Origin: the human T2T-CHM13v2.0 reference genome, Homo sapiens
DNA: 64,000 nucleotides
Assembly (NCBI RefSeq): GCF_009914755.1
Contig: NC_060929.1
Reading direction: 5' to 3' (one strand)
The translations under genes were made by a program, and so were the position numbers. Below, piece after piece: positions 27,761 through 41,020 of the stretch. Under the pieces are notes generated by a model. The model made no database searches and was not told the origin of the DNA. It saw nothing but the letters and a program-made list of their open reading frames with translations. Numbering within the stretch: position 1 is the stretch's first letter; each line of letters begins with the position of its first letter.

Positions 27761-30339
27761 AGCTTTACCACTACCAATCTTAGGCCTGCAAACCAAATGT
27801 GACTTAAAACCTGCTGTCACATATTTTCTACTATATCAGAGTTTCATTCTACTTAGATTTTAAAGTATGAATGATCACCTTGGTCTGAAACTAAATTACT
27901 TGGTATCCTTTTTCATTAACATGTATTTATAATCTTATCCACGTCAAAGTCTTAAATTTACAACCCAACATCAACATATTATCAGTTTTCAACAGTTTCA
28001 TCTAATAAAACTAAAGATCTAGTGACTAAAATATAGTAAATATATCAAGATAAAAATCAAAATACATGATAAAAGAAAACAAAGGTCTATATAGAGTTCA
28101 AAATTAGATATTAACAGGTATATCCCAGATTAGTTACAGAATCAAAGATATTATCCACATTAGCACCTATTAAAAGATTACGTTGTGTTTTTATATAAAG
28201 GATATGAATGTATTTGGTTATTAGAGTGATAAGGAAGTTATAGTTTCCTTCTTAAAAGCTTTCTTGTGGTAAAGAACATAAAGTAGGAAAAAGCATTTTT
28301 ACCCTTCTCGATATTTTTTTGGTTAAAATAAGAAACGTCCATTGCATTAATGTTCTATAAGTTATAGAAATTCACAAGAGAAGCTTCCTTGTTACTTACT
28401 CATCCATAAAATTACAGAACTTTACAAGGTAACAGAGTTAATAATCTAATTTTTTAAACAAAAGAATTAGTACTTTTGTGTTATTTAGTGCATTTTATTA
28501 GTAGTAAATTATTTTGATCATTATACATAAGTGAGAAGAAAATCCACTTGGTCTAAGGAATGCTGCTGCCTATTTATATTGCAGGAATCAAAGTCCTTTG
28601 CCTGTCCTTTTGTATGAATGCCACAAGAATGAATAAATAGCATATCGATGCTTTTAATACATAACTCAAATTTCTTAGCATACAATGAAATCTTTGAATA
28701 AGACAGAGATATAAAAGAGTAAAACTCAGTTCTGGGTACCTACAATGGATGTGTATTCACACCATACCAAGATACTGTACTTTATTCTACAAAAACTGCC
28801 AAACTTTTAGTTAGATCAATGGCCATGTCTACTCTCTTCCCTCTGGATCCCAAGCAGCAAGACTTCCCAATTTAAGAAAGCTGCTCTAAAGTCATTCATC
28901 AGTTCCATAGTGTCACTCTGAGGACTTATAGGGTTTCTTATACAAATTACTCATTTGAAAACAGACTCCAAGTAAATAACTACATGTCATACTTTAAATG
29001 GCTTTATTTTATTAAATTTATACCTCCTTTTGCATGTCCGACTAGTCTTACTGATTTTACTTAATTGGTTTCCTGCTCAGCAACAGAGGCTCTCTCATTT
29101 CAATAAAAACATCAAAGTTTAAGTATGAACAATGTCACAAATAGAAAGACACTAAAGACTGCCTTCCAGAATGGATTTATTAAGTGTACCAAGTTATATC
29201 ATAATTATTTATTTTAGACTTTAATTCATTGCTATTTTTCAAATGTAGTTGTTATGTATTCACAAGTTCAGTTTGTGATCATTCCACTTGGTAATGAATT
29301 TAAGTCTATACTTATCATGGAAGAGGGAGCTTGTTCTGTAACATAAACAGGAAAAAAAGGAGTATGTTTGTCTATTTAGGAGAAATGTTTCAATGTATTT
29401 TTTAGAGTATGATCACAAAGTAAGTAGAGCTCAGAAATACTTAGGCGGGGACTTCATTTGCTAATTATAAATTATTCTTCTTTACTTTTACTTATTCACT
29501 AATTCTAATAGGCTAAATTCTTTTTCGGTCTAGTCCATTCAAGCTATCTCAAAATAAGCTTTGCATTTACTAAGAATATAAGTTTAAAATATTATCATTA
29601 TCTAAAAGTCAAAGGCAATAGGAGGTAACCACCCTTCAGAATTTAGTAGTTGCAACCAGGAGAGGCTGGAAAAACTATTTAGCACCCTTTTGACTAAGTC
29701 TCTTTTGAACCAGGAATTCCCTAATATCCAAGTCTGGCTTTTTGGAGAATCTGAGTCTTTATCCTAGCCAGCCTTCTGGGCCTTGTTACTTTAAGGAGCC
29801 ACATCAGCTCTTTTCCAGTTGCTTCCATTCCTCCTTGCCTTGTACTGAACTAATAATCAGGATTGTGCCTGATCTTGGGTATTAGAGTTTATGAACTGTG
29901 AACTGATACTCCAACACAGGTTCTCCAGATTTGGATCATTCTTGAAGGTCAACATCTCTTTGGAACTAGATTAGAAACTGGGGTGTGAACTTGAATTATG
30001 ATTGTCTGCTGCTATTTCTACCCATGGAAAGCAGCTACTCCTCATTAACTATATGTATTTTGACATTATGACCAGAATCACACTAGTTCAGTAACTGCAG
30101 GAAACCAATGCTGATATTTAGGACACACTTGAGTCATTTGATCACATCATTATATGTACCAAAAGATAATAATATAATATGTCTTTTTTAAATTTTTGGT
30201 ACTTTGAGTTTTTTAATATTTTAGAGAGTCATTTATAGGGAGACATATTTAAATGTTGAATAGAGGAAAAAAGTACTTGGGATTAGTTGAAATAGTCTGC
30301 CTAGATAAACAGAAATGACTTGTGTATCAAATTCAAATA

Positions 30340-32460
30340 TATCTGAAAGTTTTTCAATCTCCTGTCTTTCATTACTCAGATAAAGACACTAAACTTATCC
30401 AGAGACCCAAAGTAGAAATCTCAGAATCATCCTTGATTCTTCTCTTTCTCTTCTACCTTAACTTTGGTTAATTAAGGCCTATCAAACATAACTATGAACT
30501 GTTTATTCCTTTCTAATTCTACTGCCACTGATCTTGAATCAGTTCAGAAAGTCTCTTCCTTAAGCTGCTATCATAGCCAACCTACTAACACTGCATCTGT
30601 AATGGGTTCTTCTTTTGTTCATCTTTTAAATATTAGTGTTTTTTGTAGTTCAGTTGTATATTCTCTTACCCTCTCATTCTGTACTTTCTCCCTGGACAAT
30701 TCATCTACCCCTGTGGATTCAAGTACCCTTAAAATGATATGGCCCTGCAATTTTTATCTCTAGTTTAGATTACTGTCCTAGACCTCAAACCTAGGACAGG
30801 TCTATCAGCTTAACAGATATGTCTAATTGGAGGACTCATGGGAACCTCATCTGTCCCACCTCAAACCTATTCCCCATTTTGTGTTCTCTAGCTTAGAAAA
30901 TGGTACCTACATCTGCCCAGATTAGAGCCAGAAACTAGAATTATTATCCTTGAATTCCCTTATTTTGCAATATCCTGCATTTATTTCTGTCTCTCAAATC
31001 TACTTCTTATCTCCCCATACTTACCATCCCACTATCTTAGTTAAGGCCACCATTAAATTTTACTTGGAGTAGGCTGGGCACAGTGGCTCACGCTTGTAAT
31101 CCCAGCACTTTGGGAGGCCAAGGCGGGCAGATAATGAAGTCAGGAGTTCAAGACCAGTCTGACCAACAGGGGGAAACCCTGTCTCTACTAAAAATACAAA
31201 AATTAGCCGGGCGTGGTGGCACATGCCTGTAATCCCAGCTACTCAGGAGGCTGTGGCAGGAGACTCGCTTGAACCCAGAAGGCGGAGGTTGCGGTGAGCC
31301 GAGATCACGCCACTGCACTCAGCCTGGGCAACAACAGCGAAACTCCATCTCAAAAAAAAAAAAAATTCACTTGGAGTACTGTAAAAGACTCCTAAATTCT
31401 CTCCCTATCTTCAGACTTGTTCCTCTGCAATTCTGACTACACAATGGAGCTGGAGTGATTTTTCTAAAAATGCAAATATGAACATGTCTGTCTCCTGCTT
31501 AAAATCCTCCAGTAGTTTAGTACTGCCTTTAGGATCAAGTTCAAACTCTACTAACCTACAAGGCCCCTGCAGTCCCTCTCAAGCTTCATCACCAGCTACT
31601 CTCCCTTTAGCTAATTAAGCTCCAGTTTTTCTTGGTCTCTCTCTCTCTCCTTTTCCCTCTGGATCTCTGTAAATTATTTTCCCTCTTCCTAGAAATTTCT
31701 TCCCCTCTCTTCCTTTGCCTAAGTCATAACTCATCCTTAAATGCGAAATTGGATTTCATTTACTATTTTGACAATACTTTCCTAACTATGCACCTCCCAA
31801 GATTCGGTTTGGTGGCCTTCTGATTTGCTCTAAGAGCACACTACAGCCATTTTCTTTCTATGCTGTAATGGCCTCTTCTCTCATTCATCACATTGTAGGG
31901 CTTCTCGAGGGCAGGGATTTTGTATACAACTCTCTCACAGGTGCCTACCAGAGCCTGAATCCACCGTTTAGTATGAATTCAGGTCATTGCCCTTCCTAAA
32001 GATCTCTGATGGCTCCTACTGAATACTCAGGTTCTTAACATGTGCCATGCTATAGCATATCTTTTCAATTTTATGTCTTGGAACTCCTGCCTACCCTCCC
32101 CACTACCTTCTGTATGTATTACTCTGAACACCTCTGCACAGATCATTTTGATGCAGTCACGCTTTTGTTTATACTATTCTGACTTTCTGAAATGTAATTC
32201 CTCTGCTTATTTTGGTGGACAATGTTTTCCAATCTACTCTTATCTCCAACTCAGGCAGATTTAATGGCTCTCTCATCCAGGTCATCACAGAACTTTAAAC
32301 TTTACTCTGTTACAACACATATTTCACTGTATTATAGTTATTTATTTTTAATAATGCCTCACGGGCTATACAATAAGCTTCAGGAAGGTACACACTACAC
32401 CTGCTAGTTTTTAGATGCCTACTACAGTGCCTGGCATATAGTAGTACTCAAATATTTATC
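30340..32460 (+). mobile_element. Cluster of old L2 fragments; boundaries approximate
   Basis: catccttgattcttctctttc, ctcctgcttaaaatcctcc, acagtgcctggcatatagtagtactcaaatatt. Confidence 0.65.
31072..31364 (+). mobile_element. AluS (Sp/Sq-like)
   Basis: Full dimer; TSD aaattttacttggagta / aaattcacttggagta. Confidence 0.95.
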
Positions 32461-32814
32461 ACATTGGAAAAACTAAAAGCTAACGGTTTCAATTACTCTT
32501 ACCGAGACTTTGAGATAAAAGATAGGCAAACGGAGAACAGTTCATTCTACAAAATGTGGAAATGAAAAATGTATGGATTTATACATCTTGGCTTAACCCT
32601 AGAATGAAAGAATCTGGCTTCCTCCCCAAACTGCTCCCTCTTTTAAAAGTGCCTCTTAGAGACTTTCAGTAACTCTCAAATATATATTTTTCTGATTTAC
32701 TCTGTTAACTCCTACCCATCTTTGGTAAGAGAAAGAAGGGAATGAGGAAAAAATAAAATGAACTGGAAATATTTCATGAATAACAATCAACTACGAGGCT
32801 TAAAAGATAAATTC

Positions 32815-33040
32815 AGTGGCAGAAGTCCAGACTACTTTGATTTGAATTCAAGCCCTGTAACTTTCTGACTTTGTGCAAATCACTTAGCTACCAATGCCTT
32901 GGTTTCTCTATCTGTACAGTGGGAATGATAATAATACATATTTTACATCTAGGGATATTGTGAGGATTAGAGTTTATATATGTAAAGCATTTAGAATGAA
33001 GCATGGCATGTAGTTAGCAGTTGTTAAGTGTAAGCTTTTA
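32815..33040. mobile_element. MIR
   Basis: ttggtttctctatctgtacagtgggaatgataata..gtgaggatta..tgtaaagcatttagaa. Confidence 0.75.
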
Positions 33041-34218
33041 TTTTCAATATCTTAAATGCTGGTGGTTTAATTAATAATCAAGAGTTACAGTCTATTCCTA
33101 GATTATAAGATAGGGCCCCCACGACAGAATGTGACTCTAAGAAGACTTTTCTAGACTACTTGGGTATTAATACAGAGTAGCTGAACAAATAAGCATGTCC
33201 TAAAGGACTAGAGTTGGATCTCTGCTTTAATTAAGACCTTTTATTCAACTGATACGGTTTGGAAAATTATTTATAATTTTATTTCTTTATTTTCACATTT
33301 ATAAGTACATTGATGACCCTGCAATGATGGTGTGAATTTGAATTAGCTAACAAATGATTATGAAGAACTCTGAAAATACAAAATGGAAGTGACAAATTAG
33401 TTTATAAGTACCTAATGTAATTCATTAACAATACAGCATATTACCTTAGGTCCTGTAATGCCTTTCGACTCTAGTTCTTAGCTCCTAAGTTCTTAATTTT
33501 CTTAAACGGTATTATAAAATTAACTATAATTAATTTAAAAATGAATTTCGAAATTTATGTTGGTTTGAGTTAGAAAACTGTCAGATTTAAGAAGTGGATG
33601 CTGTGAAATTTTAAAAAGTTAAATACTGTATTGTCATTGTAAAATTGTTATCATCATTGCTAAAATAAGTGGTCTTGTTGAAATTTAAGAATACTCACAT
33701 GTATTTGAAATCTGATCTTAAAATGTTATATAATATTAATAAAAATTCCAGCTTAAAAGCCCCAAAGATAATTCTCAAACATATTTTGATATAGCCTGTA
33801 ATTCTTGATAAATTAATAAATTATAATTTAGTTATATTTTGAAATTACAGCCAAATCTTAATCATCTTGTCTATGCTTGTATAGTTAATATCCATCTCTT
33901 TCCAGAACCTCATATTTAGTCTGTTCTCCCACAAAATATTTACCACAGTTAATTTAATGGGCTAATTTGTATTTCTCAATTCCTTTTCTTTCTTAATTGA
34001 GCAACAAAATGACTAAGTAAATAAATACATAATCTAATAACAAATAAAACATAAGAAGAAAGGGATATAATAGATAACCCATCTGAATAATCAAGAGTTG
34101 GCTACACATTATTATTTACCTTAAAAATTAAAATAGCCTTATCTTCCTTCGTATCTTTAATAAAATCAAACAGGAGTTCCTATGCTTTAACATTCCTAGT
34201 CAGAGTTTCTCTGAGTAC

Positions 34219-34308
34219 CTGAAAGAACCCTGGTGGTACAGGACCTACTGGCATGCCATCTCCTGGGGGAATGTTTCCTAGCACTGGACTGGGAGCTGCT
34301 GCAGCACT
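34219..34308 (-). CDS. SSBP2: SSBP2 internal coding exon (90 nt, probably exon 5), just after the LUFS domain
   Basis: Minus strand TTTATTCTTTGCAG|AGTGCTGCA...TTCTTTCAG|GTACTC. 30 codons, [30 protein letters not shown], matching recalled SSBP2 protein; phase 0-0. Confidence 0.97.
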
Positions 34309-37300
34309 CTGCAAAGAATAAAGGAGAAACAAACCTATATCATTACAGAGAAGGCACAAAACCAAAGACTAATGATAATAGATTGCAGGACGGGATGCTC
34401 TTTCATGCCTGGGAACAAATACTGGTAATTTTCCCCATCCTAGAAGTAAACTGAGATACAACAGTTTAGTATATGACTGGTTAAATTAGTTGGTTTTAAC
34501 AAATCTCTTTAAACTTTGTGAAGTCAAAGAACTTAAATAATGTGGTATATTTTGATGATATAGTAAATGCAAATAGTACTATGACAAAATAATAAAAGCT
34601 TTAGTAAATGCTTTATTTTAAGGCACAGGCATCTGAAATGGCAACATCAAAAACAAACAGGTGAATAAATAGGTAAAAAGTTTGAAGATGGTGGGGTGGA
34701 TTGTAGGAGTTGACAAAAATAATTCTCCCTTTTTTTTTAAGATTATGCTTTTATGTCATAAACAAGTATAATTAAATTTCCTGCCTATAGGTGGCAACAC
34801 TCATATTATTCACTTTCTGATATACTGTAACTGGTAGCCAAAGTATATAGGGTGGTGAGGACAAAAAAGTAAATAAGGGATTGAATAGGAGAAATAAATT
34901 AGATTTGGAGAGAATAGTCTCATACAAATTATGAAAAAAAAAATTGAAAAATTCAAAGTCTACTTCACTTGCAAATTATTTCATGGAATCCTGGTATTTC
35001 ATAAAATAGGAGTATGAAAAACTTTGGGTTGGACTCTTTGTAATAAAATCAACATTATAGATTTAATACTTACATAGGGCAGTTATACATACAACTGTTC
35101 TACAATCATAGATTTCATCCCTCAACCTGATTAGACATATTACAAATACTAAAAACAGTCGAGAAGGGATCAGAAATATGCTGAAGATAGATCAGTTTGA
35201 ATTGAACAGTTCTGCTATGATGAGAAATCAAAGCAACTCTTGTATCTAGTGTATCTGTTGCGCTATCTTCACCTATATTTCAGTGTATTCATTCATGCAT
35301 TAATATTCCATTATAAGATGTAAAATCTCAGTATGTTTGTAGCACACATTTCCCAGTATATAAATTGTTTAAAAAAACTAAATATGTTTATTTTATAGTA
35401 CTGACAGTTGTTAATAATTAAGGCCAATGATTTTAGTATTTCCTGAGGAAGTCTAGATTTAAACGTGATTATCTGAAATGTTGCTTACCTATGAATGTCA
35501 AAATTTTAAATTTCTGATAAGGCATATGAATATAAAAGAAGAAATAGTATTTCTTAGATTTTAAGATGAAACATGGATCTATTATTCTAAGAAAAACCAT
35601 GCAATTTCAATTAGCGCACATTAATGGAATACCTACCATTTGTCAGTTATTGCTCTATTGAGCTTTATATAGCAACATTCATGTTTTAAAAAAAGAGAAG
35701 CAAATTGCTTTTTTTCATTTTAACTAAACTTGCGTAAAATTTTAATACAACAATGTTACAGTAAGAAGAAAAAATATCATCAAACACAACCTCTTTTAGT
35801 TTAAATAAATACGATTACATCCAGATCTAGGAAGAAAGATTTGATCTATATCTTTATGGCTGAAATTACTGTCATGTAGAAGTTGCTCTTAGTATGAAAA
35901 GCTAGACATAGCCTATCACTATTGTTCTAATTAACTGCAGAATAGAAAATTGTATAACAACAAAAAGACATATTAAAAAAGACAAATTTGGAAATCACAC
36001 TCACCTGTACTTTCAAATGTATACTGTAACACTGAGCATATGTACAAAGTGACAAAACAGAATTTACTGAATTACTAAAACTTTTTAGTGTAGTTCAGAG
36101 ATGTAATTTCTCCCTCAATTCCAGTTGCCTAAGAAGTATATAAAATATGTTTTTTTCTCTATTCAAAGGAATAGGCATTTGTATTCATTTGTAGCTGAAC
36201 TAAAATTCAACAGGTAAGGATGCTGGTAAAGAAACATGTAAAATTCACAGTTAAATATTTGACTAATTGCTTATTTTTTTTTTCTTTTTTAGCAGGCTAC
36301 ATTGTTTAAAGGTATATCATATGCTAGGTTGGTAGGGTTTTCTTCAAAGTTCTTAATTATATATGTTTCCTGGGTTTTTTTTCTTGCTATTACGTAAAAG
36401 CAAAACAAAATAAATCATTTGATGAAGATTTAAGCAAGTTAAACCTTTAAAATGGCTTCTGAATTTTCATCTTATGCTTTAAATTTATTTAATAAATTCA
36501 ATAAGAATACTGAATTTATTCTCTCTTCTTACATATAGTAAAGGATTTTTAAGTTTTGTAATATAGTAGTTAATGTAATAGGAAAAAAAATCTTTGCCCT
36601 CATAAAGCCAGCATTCTACTGAGGGAAGAAAGACAATGAGTAAAACAAACAAAATATATTTATCCATGATCTAAGAAGAAAAAAGGATGGGGAATAGAGA
36701 ATTCCCAGTAAAATAGGCAAGGATTGTAATTTTAAATAGGATAGTCAAGCAATCAACAAATCAAACAAATGAATGAATCCAGTTACAGTGACTACTAACT
36801 GATTTCCCTTCCTACATTTCAAGATGTACCACATTTTTACAGTTTGTACCTATTCCTTCAAAGTGGCACAATAATTTTGTGGAAGTTCCTCTTTCTTAAT
36901 ATTCATACTTTAGGCACAACAAGAGAAGTGTCTTGAAAATAAAGATTTTTATAGCTAGATGATTCATTGTATCCAGCATGAGTTATCTGATGTGATAGTA
37001 ACTTCTAGCCTTGACCTAAAGACACAAAGTGAAGTGTGCTGAATGCTGGTAATTATCCAGTACACCCAGTATAAAGCACTAGTCCACAGCATTTCAGCCC
37101 AAACTTCACTTTGTGGACCACACTTTTTAGCTAAATTATCCATTCACTCTGCTGCAATTTATTGGCAAAAGATTATTCCCTCTCTACTGTATTACACGGA
37201 CTCAGCTTAGGGTACCATTTGGTACCCTATGCTGATCATTAACATATACTGATAATAAACGCTATAGAGGTACACTAAATGGTGCTCTCAGCATTGTAAA

Positions 37301-38891
37301 AGAGTATATTTCTCAAACTGCCTAACCTGCTAATTTATATACAGTAGCAAATAAATAATGCAAGCTTTGAAACTGTAAGGTAAATAAGAAGTTTTTGGAA
37401 TTAGAAATTTATTTAGATGGGAGAAGTACCACATTTCTTCGGATATGTTGCTGAAATTTCTGAGACTTCTCTCAAGCTAACTTCCAAAACTCATGAGTCA
37501 AATTTATCCATGATCCACAGAAAGTTGTTGTTGGGCCTGAACCATAAAGCATGTATTATTACTCTATGATGTTGTGACAAAAATCACAAAAGGAGAGCAA
37601 ATAGTTTAATTACAGTTAAGAACTACTAGAAAGCATTAGTTTCACTGAATTTATGTGAATTCCCATTGGAGTAGCATAGAAAATCCTTTATTATATAATA
37701 TATCCACGACTATTTAGGGTTGAGTTTTCATTATAGCTCTCTCTTAAAAGAGAAAAACATACAAATAATATGGGTTTACAGTATTTCCTCCAACTAAACT
37801 GAATATATAAGACTTCAGTGCAGATATAACAATATTATCATTAAAAGTTGTTTTGTTTCTTCTAACAGATCAATTTGCATGCTTTTATCATGCACTGCCA
37901 GATAATGTATTTTCTAACTGCTCTTGAAGCATTTACTTAGCCATCTGTCCTAAATTTCAAGTTTTTTTTTTTTTTTTTGGAGAGTGACAACTTTTTTATT
38001 TCTTTTTCATTTTCCCAAAATACAAATATAATTTTACTGACTTTTTATAAATCCAATATTTTAAATTTGGTGTTCTCAAATCAATTAAAGTATGGAACAA
38101 TTATTTGTTTTCTCAAGGAAATATTAAAATGAACTTATAGAGTTACCATGATATCTTTCTTCATGTTCTATGTACTTACATTTTGTTCAGTTTGTGTGGT
38201 CATCTTCTCTGGAACTTTTTGAACTTATATCATTCTACCCTCTAAGAAAGCATGAGTCAATATGTTTATGTTATTTATTTCATCATTTCCCATTTCCCCA
38301 TTTCTCTGAAATGCTATTATGTGACTGATTTTTAAAAATATTTTATTCTAATTCCATATTTTCTGAATTTCAAGAACAGAGAAATATACTCCTATTTTAT
38401 ATTTTTGTCCTGTTAAATAAAAACTTGAAATAAAAGTTAAAAACCTTCTTATTTTTAAATTTAGTTATTATCACTGTTGGTCTCTGGTAGGGAAAAAAAG
38501 TTGTATATACTCTGTATGAAAGTTTCAAAGCAACAGGCATTAAATACAAATTTGTTTAAAAATAAAATTAGGATGCAATTTATTACTAAACACAATTAGC
38601 ATTTATCAAGATTCTACACACTGAATAACAATTTATTTACTAAGAATGCTAGAGAACTGTTTGCCTAATTATACAGTGAAGAATCAAGACAGTCTATATT
38701 TGGTAAAATAGGAAAAATAATTTCATGTGTATGAAAAGTATTTTAAGTATATGAAGATAATAATAGAGAAATTAAAATAGTGCTATGATTATTAGAAACT
38801 GGAAAGGGGATTAAAGGGAAGGGTGAGTAGGAAGAGGCTGAGCAGGGGATTATAGATTTTCCTTATTTAGCCATCTGTACTCTTTTTAAGA

Positions 38892-39227
38892 TGCTATGGT
38901 ACGAATGTGTCCCCTCCAAAATTCAGGTGTTGCCAGTGTGATAGTATTAAGAGGCGGGCCCTTTAGGAGGTGAGTAGGTCTTGAGGGTTCCTCCCTTGAG
39001 AATGGTATTACACGTCCTTATAAAAGGGCTTGCTTGATGGAAGGAGTTTTTTGTAGCTTTCCCTCTGCCATGTGAGGATGCTGCAAGAAAGCCCTCACCA
39101 GACCCAGATGCTGGTGCCTTAATCTTGGACTTTCCTGCCTCCAGAACTATAATAAATAAATTTATGTTCTTTATAAACTACCCAGTCTCGGATATTCTGT
39201 TATAGCAGCACAGAATGAACTAAGACA
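38892..39227 (+). mobile_element. MaLR solo LTR (MSTC/MSTD-like)
   Basis: tgctatgg...taagaca termini; TSD taaga/taagc. Confidence 0.88.
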
Positions 39228-39979
39228 TAAGCCATCTGTAGGTACTTTATGAGAAACACTTAAAATAATGATAGTAGGTATCTTATGTTGGCAACTTTAG
39301 TGTAAAGCACAGTAAAATATTTTGGCTATTGGTTGAGGACATATTATTTATCATACTAAAAAATCATCCTTTGCCTAGTACTATAAAAAACAATTTTCAA
39401 AGAAATCAGGAATAAGAAAATATGCTTTTTGCCTTTTCATTTTTGGAGTAGTATTATTTAGTGTTTCTTTTGGGAAGCATGATATAAGTAATCACATATT
39501 GATAGTTTTCTTAAATCTTCATTGTATTTCTGAGATAAGTCATGCTTGATCATCATGCATGATGCATTTAATAGGCTACTGAATTATATTTGGTAATATT
39601 TTATGTAGGAGTTTTACATCTCTATTCTCAATGAGATGGGTCTAGAATGTCCTTTGATGTATTATATTTTTCAAGCTTGAGCATCAGGATTATTCTACCT
39701 TTTCAAAAGGAATTGATGGCAAATTGTTTTTTATAATGCTCTGAAGAAGTTTCTATAATATGGTATTTATCTACTTATTGAAAGTTAAAAGACACAGCAG
39801 TAAAGCAGTAAAACTGCCTTAGACAAAGGCAATGTTGGAAAGAATTATTATCTTTTCATATTTTCTACTTCTCTTTTCTTCAATTTGGTTCATTTACATT
39901 TTCTCAGAACACTTCATGTCACTGAAATATTTAGTTTTATCCATATATACACTACTTTTACATAATTTATAAAGGTCCA

Positions 39980-40370
39980 CTGTAGCAGGTGTGAGAGACA
40001 CTGCTAAGTAGACCACAAAAATATGTTTTTCCTTTCTTCTACCAGCCAGGCACATGGCATCCCAGCTATATTACATTTCTCAGTCCCCTGTGTTCTCACC
40101 AAAAATCAGGTTCTTACTGATGGAATATGAGCAGAAGAGACACATGTCACTTCCAGAACATTGGTCTTAAGATCTTGTTTGTAATGCTCCCTCCTTTCTT
40201 TCTCCTCCTATTGTCTGGAACACAAATGTTTCAGAGATTTAATTTCTGCCATGCAGACCAAAAAAAAAGGATGCCTTATACAATGGCAGAGCACCTGCTA
40301 GTTTCAATCTCTGGATGACTTCGTGGAGCAGAGTCTGCCCGCCTGCCCTGGACTGTCTTTCTGAATTGTA
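39980..40370. mobile_element. Old MLT1 (J/K-like) LTR
   Basis: tacatttctcagtcccc..ggaatatgagcagaag..tgtcacttccag motifs. Confidence 0.6.
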
Positions 40371-40525
40371 GGCCCCCAGAGATGATGATTTATTTTCTCC
40401 CTCTTAAACTGAATTAGCATTCTCATCATCTTTGCCAGGAATTGGTCTATTAATTTACTTTTTTTCTGTTTCATTAACATGTTTACTTCTTTTTAACAAA
40501 TTATTTGCATTCTCCAGCCTTTTAA

Positions 40526-41020
<495 letters not shown>

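Noticed and set aside
34180-34365. 61-aa ORF as a stand-alone gene
   Set aside because: It is the 90-nt SSBP2 exon plus in-frame intronic flanks; splice sites delimit the real coding part.
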